DNA of 64,000 nt from Paragordius varius (taxonomy: Eukaryota; Animalia; Nematomorpha), in contig OZ176052.1 of NCBI GenBank assembly GCA_964247055.1, forward strand, positions 5,084,001 through 5,148,000, given 5' to 3'. Position numbers and translations under genes: made by a program. The notes below the pieces were generated by a model. The model had not been told where the DNA came from and ran no database searches. It saw only the letters and a program-made list of their open reading frames with translations. Positions 50,501-63,000 of this stretch are shown piece by piece. Every line of letters starts with the position of its first letter. Positions within the stretch are counted from its first letter, which is position 1.

Positions 50501-53500
50501 TTAATAACAATAGCCTTGGTGCATATATTAAAATTGTTTTAGAATCATATAATCACGCCATAATATTTAAATGGTTTTTTTAAGATATACGGAATCTAGA
50601 TTTATTTTATCTTATATGTACGAATATTGCAATTGTTAATTTTGATTTTGCTGGCATTTTGGTTACAATTCTTCAAAAAAGTTACATTATTACACTTAAA
50701 ATTGTAGCAAAGAGAACGTGAAAGAATGGCAAGCGGTGGAGGAGACATGTTTTTTATGCATTCACCCGCGGATTTATCTGCACTTGATGGGGAATTAATA
50801 TTGGCTGAATATTCGGAGGAATACCCACCACTCATGATGAATTTTGGTATTTATTTATTAATAAACTAAAAATAAATATTATATTTTATATAAAAAATGT
50901 CTAAATTATAAATTTTTATTGCATATAATATATTTTTAATAAGGAATACGCCTTGTTAACGTATATTGCGATTGTTTATTTCTAAAGGTTTTTGTATTGG
51001 ACATATAGATGATTCATTGTTGTTAAAATATTTGTTTGTTTCGAAAATAATAAATTGCTGATTCATTTATAGATATTATATTTTAAAATATTTGTTTGTG
51101 AAATTATTTTTGCGGTTCAATAATTATAGGCATGGCCACATTAATAAAGAATTATCATAAACGTAAGCCTGGGAAAGAAGCCAATGTGCCCGAATTCAAA
51201 CACGGCACCACATCATACACTCATTCCTCGCCCTTTTTAGGTAGTTTGGCCCCTGGACAGAGAATTCAAGTAAATTAAATCCAAGTAGTGTTTATAAATG
51301 CTTAATTAATTGCCGACAAAGTTTTAACAAATAAGTTTTGCGTTTGATTGGAAAAATGTAGAATATTGCTGAATAAAATAAAGTTAATATAAAACTTTTA
51401 ATTTTTTTCTTTTCACGCAAAAAGGCTCTGGAAAATAACATGTTTCGCGCACCAATCTATGAACACACAATGCCTTCCACTGATTTTGTAATAATTCGAA
51501 CCCGTAATGGATATTACATTCGACAGGTTAAGGATATTTTCACCGTTGGTCAGGAATGTCCTCTCATTGAAGTCCCATGTCCAAACTCAAAGAAAGCCAA
51601 CATTTTCATGAGAGATTTTTTGCACGTAAATGTCGTTTTAAACATTTTGAATAGTTCTTTGTTTGAAAAAGATGCAATATAATATTTAAATAAAATTAAG
51701 AAAGATTAAATATATAAATAAAACATTTATTAGCAGCACGTTTTACCATGTTTTATTAGAATTTGCTGGAAAGTAGGTAATTTTCTAAATTTGGTTGATT
51801 TTATATCGTTATTCCAAACCCCTAGGTATTTTTAATGCGACTATTCCGAGCAAGTGCAGAAAAACCACCACAAATATACATGGATCAAGTTAAGCGAGCT
51901 TTCCCAACCATTGCAGAGAACTTGTTAAGGAAAAAATTAAAAACTTTTTCGGACTTTGATTTACCAGAAGAAGAATTGAGTAATAACTCATTATATATAA
52001 ATATATAATTTCGGTTTCGTAAAATTCCTTATATATATTTTTTATTAGATAAAATTAAAGGAGGAAAAAATAAATCTGATAAATCCAAAGGGACAGCTTC
52101 ATCCAAAGAAAGTCTGAAAAGGTTTATTATATATACTTTTTAATTTGGTATCATTATTTTTTGAATATCATATGGAGTCCATTTGGCATATTAAAACGTT
52201 TTCCTTAAGTATAAATTCTTAATAATTGGAGAATATTCCATAAAATTATATTAATGATGTGAATCACAATAAATAATTTAAGGAATGCCAAAAATCTGGC
52301 CTCTATTATTTAGTTTAAGATTGTCCTTTAGACAATTATTTTAACGTTAGAGAGCTTAATAATAAATTGATTAATAAAAAAGCATTCGCCTTTTTAATAA
52401 TCAAATCCAGATAAATACTATTTTTTTAGGTAAAACTTCTAAATTATAATGTCAAAATATATAGTTTAAGCCTTTAATTTATATTTAAATAAAATTTAGC
52501 AATACCTGTGATTTTGCAGCATGTGCCATTTTTTGATAATGATCAAACGCAGAAAAACAAAATAATTTTTTCTTATCTATTTTTAGCCTTGATTAATTTT
52601 ATATAAATTACTATACTAACCTTACACCTCTCTATCATATATATCACTTATATTTACAGAATTTTGCAAACATCAAGTTTTATTACCCTTTTAATTATTA
52701 ATTATGGTATTTGTCAAACCTAAGATATTGCTATTTAATAATAATAATAATAATATTTTAGATTTCAAAAACGGTTTCGAGTCTGGTATTTGCGGAGTGA
52801 TTTTCGCATCCCACCCGAGGAAGAGTTGAGAGAAATGGTTCGGCCTGAACATGCCTGTGCTTGGTATTCTGGTCTTGCTGCTGAAGCCAGACTCCTCGAT
52901 GCCGGTTATCCCCAAGCCCAGATTTTGGCCAGTGGGGGAGCCAATAACCCCAATGTTAGTGGCAGTGGTGGATCAGCAAATGGTATTTGATTGATGATTT
53001 TATCTATTGAGGAATATTTTTGAGTTTTGATTGCCCTAAATAAAATTTTTAGATAGAATTTGCATTGATATATCATGATTATGTATACATAGAAATGTAT
53101 ATGGAACTAAGTTGATGCTAAAAAATAATTTTATATTTTTGCCCCAGCTTTAATTTTTTATCAAACATCCTGGAGCATATATAAAGCTTTAGCATAGAAA
53201 GGTCATATATACACGAATTTTATGATTAGTTAAATAATAAAATATATATTTTGTAAAAAAATGTTATGGATAGATGATTCCTTTGGCCTTGGGGCCGAGG
53301 AAGAGGAGGAACTGAAAGTAGCTCCATGGAACACAACCCGGGCATTTTTAGCGGCTACTCGAGGAAAATGTCTTTTAGATTTGAATGGGGTAGCTGATCC
53401 TACTGGTAATATTTATATACAAATAAATTTGCAGTAAAAACATTTATAAAAATACAACCATATAAAACCTATTATCTTTAGTTTTGTTTAGAAAAATAAG

Positions 53501-56500
53501 ATATAAATTTATTTAACAGTAAGAATTGAGATTATAAAGAGAAATCATAAAACGTCTATATAAATCTTAATTTTTACTATGATTTGGGTTTACAGATATA
53601 AATTAGTAACAAACCCTTTTTATATTCACAATGTAAGGATTAAATATAAAATTAATGTTTTAAAAAAGTATGGATCTTTCTTTAAATACATTTCTCCATT
53701 AGGTTTTAAGTGTTGTCTGTATAATTTTAATTTTTTATAAACAAATATAATACCTTTTCAAAAGCTCAATAATTTAATGATATTATAATTAAACATTTTG
53801 TGTTACCCAAAAATAAAATGTAAGGTTGTGGCCAAGGATTTTCATACGTTCGAATTTCTCATAAAAATCGGGATGAACTCTCTACCCTACTTGCTAATAT
53901 GACTGGCAATGCTTCAACGTTCCCTCATAATAAACCTATCGCTCAAGTTACCCCCTCCGGGGCCATTTCACGCAAATCAGTGACTGGGACAGATGCTGAT
54001 TTACGTAAACTTAGTCTGAAAAATGCTAAACAGTTGTTGAGAAATTTTGATGTACCTGAAGAAGAGGTATGTATGATTATAGACTAGATTCACATCTCTT
54101 AACTTAAATCTTGATCGTTTTAAGGATTGAAATATAAAGACATTATTAGTGATACTTATGTTTTTACGTTGAATAAAGAAGTATTAATAATCGAAATTTT
54201 AATTAAATTTGATTATAAACATAACAATTAAAAAAAGACTAATATTGATTTATAAAAAAAAATTTATACATTCCTTTTATATTATAATCTATTATTTTTG
54301 GTTTAAAAATAAGAAATATAGATAATTGCTAATACCCTCAATTATATATGCCACAATCGAATCATAAAAATGTTAAAGAGCATCAAAAAAATTTCTTAGA
54401 ACTAATCTTCCACGTTTTATGCTTAGTTGTAATTCTATTGGTTACATGTACATATATAATCAAATATATATGTAATAGATTTGAACTGTGAAAAAATAAA
54501 AACAAAATAATTTAAATAAAAATAAACACTTTTTTATATTTTAGATTAGTTTATCATATGTATATGCTTAACCTAATTAATATAACCACAGCTTAAAAAG
54601 TTAACACGCTGGGAAATTATTGATGTGGTACGTACCCTTAGTACTCAACAAGCTTTGTTAGGAGATGATTCAGCCACAAAATTTGCCCGTGGAAGCAAAT
54701 TTACAGCCACTGAACATCAAGAAAAATTTAAGGAGGAATGTCAACGCATATTTGACCTCCAAAATAAGTAAGCGCTTTAAATCGAATATTCATTTTTTTG
54801 CAAGTATTGGTTACAATTTTCCACTTTGTGACGAAAAAGTAGTCTTTTCAATCTATTACAGCAGTAGTTCCCAATAGGGGGCGGGCACGAAAAATTTGGA
54901 GATAATTAAAAAATAAAACCAGAAACGAAGTGAATGATTTTAGGTCCAAGTTATCAAGATTTGTCACCGATATGAAAAATATTTTAAAAATTGCAAATAC
55001 AAGGATATCATTGATTGGGATTTCTATAATATTATAATAAATTTTACATTTATATCTTGGATTTTTTTGAAAGGGGTGCAAGAATTTTTATTTTTAATTT
55101 GGTGGGACGTGAACAAAAAAAGGTTTGGAACCACTGACTTATAATTATCTATGATTTGCATAACGTTTAAACATAATTTTTAGTCCAGGAATGTTTCAAT
55201 ATCTATAGATAAAAAGAAATTTTTTGAAATGATACCTTAAAATTTTTTACAAAAAATTTAATATTTAACTATCAGTGAGATATGTTTTAGAATCTTTGAT
55301 GAATTTTCTATCTTGTATAGGTGTTAAAATGTAGTCTACCATAGAATTTTGATTACCACTTGTATAAGTTATTAATTTCTTTGCTGGTTTCGTGAAGAGG
55401 ATATTGCAGATAGTAAGTCTAAGAGATGCGCAGTATTCTAATAATGTATCACCTTCTTTGTTACGGCTGCCAAAAGCGTTTCCTCCATGTATTCTCATAT
55501 AGTCTTGACCATTAGTGCCAACTGGGAATTGAAATCTCCACATATAAAAATTTTGTCATTTGGAGGTATTGCATGAGAAATGTCGTATAGTTGGTTCCAA
55601 AAAGCTTGTTTGGTTGCTTCGCTTAATCCAGACTGAGGGAATTAATAACTTATACAAGTGGTAATCAAAATTCTATGGTAGACTACATTTTAACACCTAT
55701 ACAAGATAGAAAATTCATCAAAGATTCTAAAACATATCTCACTGATACACAACATAAATTGATTGTAGCATTAATAACAATAAACAAATCCTATTACCAT
55801 AGTAACCAGAAACCTAAAATAAACTTAGAAAAACTACACCTTCCTGATCTTAAACTTCAACTCTCAGAAACTGTCAATGCATCGCTTAGCCTCAACCACA
55901 AAACATCTGAACAAGCTTAAGATAATTTTAAAAACAGCATCATCCCAAATGTGCTTAATTTTTGTGGCAGAAAGAAAATATACAGGAAAAACAACAAACA
56001 AATTTGTGGTGGTCAGAATCCATAAAACCTTTAATTAAAATTAAACGCAATAACTATAAAAGATGGAAACAAACAAAAGATAAAAGAGACTTGGAATCAT
56101 ATATCAAATCAAATAAAAATTTACAACAAGCCATCAATATTTCAGCCAACAAAAAAGCTTTGGATTTTGCTAAAAAACTAGAACAAGACATGAAAAATCT
56201 TAAGATTTTCCGAACAATAAATTCAGTTAACAATAATAAAAAGGACATTAAACATATTTCCTATATTAAAGATAAAGACCAACATCTAGCAACTGACTGG
56301 AGTGACATAAGCAATGTCTGGACCACATATTACCAAGAACAATTCGCACCAATACATGATTTTGAAACAATAAACCAACCACCAGCAATTGGTCCCCGAC
56401 CATTGATAACAATAGACGATGTAAGAGATGCCTTGGCCAAGATGATAACAAAGCAAAAGGTCCTTCTGAACTAAGCTGTGACATGATCAGAGCTTTACCA

Positions 56501-59500
56501 CAATGCATTATACATTTAACTAACATATTCAATCTAATCTTATCAACGAATCGCATCCCTAATGATTGGTCAAAAAGCACCATCATACCCATTTATAAAA
56601 ACAAAGGAGACTTACTCGTTTGTTCCTCCTACAGACCACTAAAGTTGTTGGAACACCCGTTAAAAATTTTTGAATCCATTATTGAATCAAAACTAAGATC
56701 AATCGTTAGTATACAGGAATCACAATATGCCTATAAACCAAACAGTAGCACAATCGATGCAATCTTCATTTTGAGAAGATTACAAGAGAACTATTTAGCG
56801 AAAAATAAAAAACTATATCATGTTTTTATTGATTTACAAAGGGCCTTTGATTGTATCCCCAGGAAGTTGATCACATCCACACTACGAGCCAACAATGTAG
56901 ATGATTAGATAATTAAATCAATAGAAATGATGTACTACAAAACAACAAACTCCGTCAGATTAACACTATGCAACACAGCTTTTATTCCTAACGAGAAGGC
57001 TTTATTAAGGATTTATCTTAATCCCTTTACATTTCATATTAATAATAGATTACTTAACAAAAGATATAAAACAGGGCTTACCGTGGGAGCTTATCTATGC
57101 TGACGAATCGTCCTCACCGCAACATCAATGGAAGAATTAAATCAAAAGTACAACACATGGAAATCACACTTAGAAAAGGGTGGAATGAAAATAAATATAA
57201 GCAAAACAAAGGTACTGATAACGGGTGAAACTGTATATGAACGACCTAAGTTTCCATGTGGAATATGTGATTAGATGTTAAACTCTATTCAATCCTATGT
57301 ACATCATGCAATAAGTGGATACACAAAAAGTGCTCGCTTATAAAAAGGACATTAATCAACAATGACAAATTTATATGTGAATCATGCAAAAATAAAACAA
57401 TAAATTACTCATCCACTTCCCTAAATTACGTTTATATGGCAGAAACCAAAATCGAATTGGTAAATAATTCCAAATACTTGGGCGATGTCATACATTATCT
57501 AGGTGGAATAAACCAATCAGTTAAATATAGATCCCAACAGGCTTGGGTAAAATATCATCAACTATTTGTCCTCAAAAATAAACACATATCAGAAAAAAAA
57601 GGTTTGATTTACAAAGCCGGCATACGTCCCATACTCCTGTATCGAGACTTGGCCGATGACAGATTCAATCGAGAAAAAACTAATGAACTTAGAAAAACGG
57701 ATGATTTATTCCAACCCAATAAGTCAAATTCAAATTTACATCAACTGTACCAAATCGAACCTTTAAATGTTATGCTCAGAAAAAATAGGCTTAGATGTTT
57801 CGGACACATCAAACGTTTTTCAGAACAATGGACAAATAAAATTTTATCCCTACATCCCGAAGGTAACAATCGCAGGGGTAGACCAACATTTAACTGGGAA
57901 AAAACAATAAATAATGATTTAAGTGTTGCCAACATTGATGATAACGCCTGGCAGGATCGTAAATATTACAGACAGCTTCTATACGGATACAATGGCTAGC
58001 TATTACACAAAGACGATACGAATATTTAACTATATTCATGGAATATAATTGATTGATTGATACAAAAATCATATTTTTACTCAAAACTTTTATTTTATTT
58101 TGGACTATATAATAATGGATAATTTTTAAGAGTTTTGGCCTCTAATGAAATACTATCGTCGGATGAAGGGAGCACTAGTCAGGATAGCGATTTCGAAGAA
58201 ATGGGTAAAAACATCGAGAATATGCTTGCAAATCACAAATCTAAATCAGGCGGTAGTAATAAATTAAATGCTAATGAGCCATATCAAAGCGCTAGTCGCA
58301 CCAATACACCTTCAGGCAAAACATCAAAAGATCAAAAGGAAAAACATAAAAAAGGTATATATTTATATATAATATTGAATTTTTACTTTGTTTACATTTT
58401 GTATAGTTTGTCGGTTTATAAAGTTTTGATTTTTTAAGGAACAATTTTTTTACATTCTTAATTATTTGTAATTATTAAGGTATTGTAAAACCTACTAAAT
58501 ATGATAAGTGATTAAAATCTTTATATTTTGATTGTATAGTGCATTATGTGGCAGTTATATCTATTTTCTGTTTAATATTAATACTGTTTATGTCTTTATA
58601 CTATTTTGCCAATTTTTTATATTTATTTTATCTATTTTTACTGCTTATAGTAAAAAATCCACTTCATACTACCAATCGAAAATTGCGGATTACTCGGACA
58701 TTTATTAATCCCGAAGGTTCATATATTTTAAAATTAAAATTGTTTGATTATAAAATTTATATTTTTATCATATACGCATTTTAGCTTAATTTTAAGTAAA
58801 TTTTATAATACATAATGCGTAATTCTCTTAATTTTGCTGTTTGAATATAAGTTTTTCATACAACAATTATATACTTTCATATAATAATCATTCAGGGAAA
58901 GAGTTTATACGGGTCGAAACAGTTCGGAACAATGGTGTCATTGAGGCGTATTTGCGCATACGTGAAAGTAAAGATCCTGAACTTTTGGCTTATTTTTCAA
59001 GGTTTTTTTTTGTTATAATATATTTTTAAATATATAAAAGTATATAAATATTAAAATAAAAAAATCAAGTTAGGTTATAACTTTTTTTTAGTAATCTATG
59101 TGTGAATAATTTATAAATTATCTATATGTGATATTCTAAAAATTACCAACATTTTGTAATACAGTGAGTTATTTAACGAATATGACATTTAAATATTGTG
59201 ATGTGAATGAAATCGTTTTTTTGCGTTTACATAGACCGGATGAAAGTAAGAAGCAAGAAATGTTGCGTGAAAAACGACGAATAGTTGAACAGTTGAGACG
59301 TTTACGAGCCAAGGAGGAAAAGGAAAGACTCAAAGCTTTGAATAATGAAAAAGACAACACAAGCGATAAAATTATGGCTGGAAAATTAAAAAACCAAGAT
59401 CAATTATCACCGAGTCCAAGCACTTCCAAAACACCGCTCCCTACCAACACTGATGACAATACTCTTTCGGACGATGTTAATAAACGCAAATTGGATAAAT

Positions 59501-59994
59501 TGACGTCTCACATTAACACCCTGCAAAAAAGGTGGGATTATTTTAAAATATGGTTAAATATTTATATATTTGATTGATATATATTGTTTTTGTCTAAAAC
59601 ATAGATATAAAGATATCTCAAAAGCAACAACCGATAAAAAAGCTCTTACTGAAGATCAATCCGAAAAACATGACGAAGAATTGAAAGTTTGTCATATTTT
59701 GTTAAAAAGATTTTATATGATCCCATTACTTTATTTTGTTATAATTATAATAATTATGTAGCTATTGACTAAATTATGATTTCATGTAACGAATGTAGGT
59801 TACGTTAACTGTTTCTTAAAACAATTTAGGCCTTATGGAATAATTTTAAGATATAATTATTCCATAAGTAAATTATAAAAAAAAATAAGATTTCTGTTAA
59901 AATATCCTTAATTAATATAACCATCATAACAATAAGCGCTTTAATTTGGAAAATTATATAAACTATATTTTATAAATATTTGCAATTATGCTGC

Positions 59995-60025
<31 letters not shown>

Positions 60026-63000
60026 ACTTGTGGTGCGTGTGGTGCCATAGGCCATATGAAAACAAACAAAGTTTGCCCCCTGTATATTAAAACGCGCCAT
60101 TCCATAGCCATGACTCAAGAGGAACAAGAAGAATACGAAGGCAAAGCCATGGGCCAAATGGAAAGCGAAGCGCCCAGAGACCTTGTCAATGTTGAAGGAA
60201 CCAAAATTATACTTTCTAAAACGATTATACAACAGTATATAAATTACATACATACAAAGATAAAAAGCTATCAAGTAAGTAAGCAAGTATACTTTACGGT
60301 TAGTTTTTTTTAAAAATTTGAATTGTATCTAATATTTATTATTAATATTGACTCTAAAAGTGTTTTCCAAACTGGGAAATAGTATATTTTACGGTTAGTC
60401 TTACTACGAAGTTGAATTGTAATATTATCTGACACATGAAGGCTATAATACCTACTTGTCTACGTATAGCGTTGAAAAAATTATCAAGTTTTGTGGTTTG
60501 AATCCTTATGTTGTTGCTAAGGTCGATTCCGACTAACTGCAGCATTAAAAATATGTATTCTCGACTCAGTGCGATTATTATATCTAGCGTTTAGTTCGGA
60601 TAATGTTTGGTTTGTTTCTTTGAAAATTTTATCCATCTATAATTTTTAAATACGTTATCATAGCCATTTTTCACTTATACATTTTAATTGTTAATAAAAA
60701 TGATTTATAGCTTGGTTGTATTGTATAACGTTTAAGGATCATGGTTTTTTTAAGTATTACATTTTAAACAGATCTAGATCATATATAATGAAAAGAGTGT
60801 TGATTGGGCCATAATGAATAAAATTTTAGGACTTTTGAATATAATAATACAATAAATTAAATATATAATTTCATTATTTATGACACACCTTTTTTGTATA
60901 GCTATGATAATATCCGCAAAAAGGCGCTCATACTAAAGTTTCCAAAAACTATTACGCCCCAAGAGAAAAAGGAATTGGCTCGTAAGTATCGCCGTGAAAG
61001 TCTTCAATCACAAAATGGTATTGTTTCATTTTTTTACTGAATTACAGTTAATATTTCTAGATTTTTATAGAATTTATATATATATATATATACTTTAGCT
61101 GCCATGTTTAGAAAACATTTGGAGACAATTGATAAATCTGACCCCAGGTACAAAGATAAAAAATTGGCTCTTATGGAAAAATATGGAATAAAGATTAAAG
61201 AGAAATCTATTTCGGAAAATCATCCCGGCAAATTGACGAAATCAATTAAAAAACCTAGTCGTGGTAAATGTCTTAGAGATATTAGGGCTATGAAACGCCT
61301 TTATATAAATTTCATTATAAATTATATATATCGACTCATTAAAAAATAATTTATTATATCAAAGTTATATAACTATATTTTATTTTAATACTATTAAAGG
61401 AAGTATTATAAGTTTACACAAAGATGATTATCTTAAACGGCCTAATCAATCTAACAAAAGACGTGCCATTGATCCAGTGGTAACGCTATCAACCATGTTA
61501 GAGAGTGTATTGAATGAAATGCGCGATATGCCTGATACAACACCATTTCTCCATCCTGTTAATGCCAAAATAGTCCCCGATTATTACCAAGTATATGTGC
61601 AAATTTGATTTTAAAAAATTTGAAGTATTTAAGTTTTTAGTGATATAATATTATACAAATGTGTTATATGTAATAATAAAATAGTTTGTACATAAACCGA
61701 TGGATCTTCAAACCATGCGTGTTAAAATCCATAAACGGAAATACAAATCCAGAGAAGATTTTCTGGCAGATGCGACACAAATTGTGGAAAATAGTCGCAT
61801 TTATAATGGACCAGACCATCCTTTGACACGCACCGCTCAACTTATGCTCGAATTGTGTGCCATGAGGTAAATCCCAAAATATCTGTTAATTTATTTTGTT
61901 TAACTTTTTATCCATTAATTACAGAATAATGTTAACTAAAATTTTTAATGATAAATAGTTTTGTCAAAATGAACTTTATTTTTATATCTATGTTTCAAAC
62001 GATTAGGCGGTTGTTTTTATCAATAACATTTTTTATATAAATCATAGCTGAATTTTCGATACATCATTATTTTACCATGACCGCATTATTAAACAACAAA
62101 TTACCTTATAAGGGTATCTACCCTAAAGCAGTTTTAAATTTCAATATCTTTGAAAGTGTCCATGATATTGGTGTTTAAATTAAAAAATAATATATTACCC
62201 TACAAATAAAATTCTTTTTTTACCATAGATTAGCGGAAAAAGATGAGGGCTTCATGAAACTTGAAAAATCTATTAACCCGTTGCTGGACGAAGATGACCA
62301 GGTTGCGCTTTCATTCATTTTTGAAAGCATTGTACGGGATCGCCTCTTGTCAATGAATCAATTCCGTGTTTTTCACAGTCCAGTTAATCCCAAATTATTA
62401 CCCGATTATCATATCAAGGTTAAACGACCTATCGATTTGGAGACAATTGCTAATCGTACCAAAAAACATTATTATTCAAACAGGAACACTTTCCTTGCCG
62501 ATATAAGACGCATTGCAAGTGAGAATATATCGATACATATAATACGATAATTTTTTGACATGTAGCGTACATTTTATAACCCTTTTTTATTTACAACACA
62601 TAATATAACAAATAGCAAACAGTGAAATTTATAATGGTCCTCAAAGTCCATTTACCGAGTTGGCGTGGAAAATTTATAAAATAGCGGAGGAAGAGATTGC
62701 CCTTCAAGATGAACAAATTTCTGAGCTTGAGCGATCCTTGTTACTAATAACTGATTATGGGAGCAATACAATGGCCCTTGATACGGCTTCTGGTTTTGAT
62801 GATGTCTCATCGATTCCATCGCTGACAAATAGTACAAACACTTTTGATGATTTTACACAAAACATATCAGCCGATGAAGATGAAACAATCATAGGCTCAT
62901 CTCTTAACGAAAATGCTAGGGAACACATCCCTGAACTCTTGCTCGCTAGTGAAACAGAGGAACCAATCATAATGGATGATAGTGAGAGTCGCATGAGTTA

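Noticed and set aside
4791-62994. Many listed 60-115 aa ORFs (for example 4791-4997, 33728-33964, 52691-52915, 56266-56592, 62755-62994)
   Set aside because: They are antisense shadows or alternative frames of real exons or LINE ORFs, or AT-rich noise with I/F/L/K/N-biased composition.
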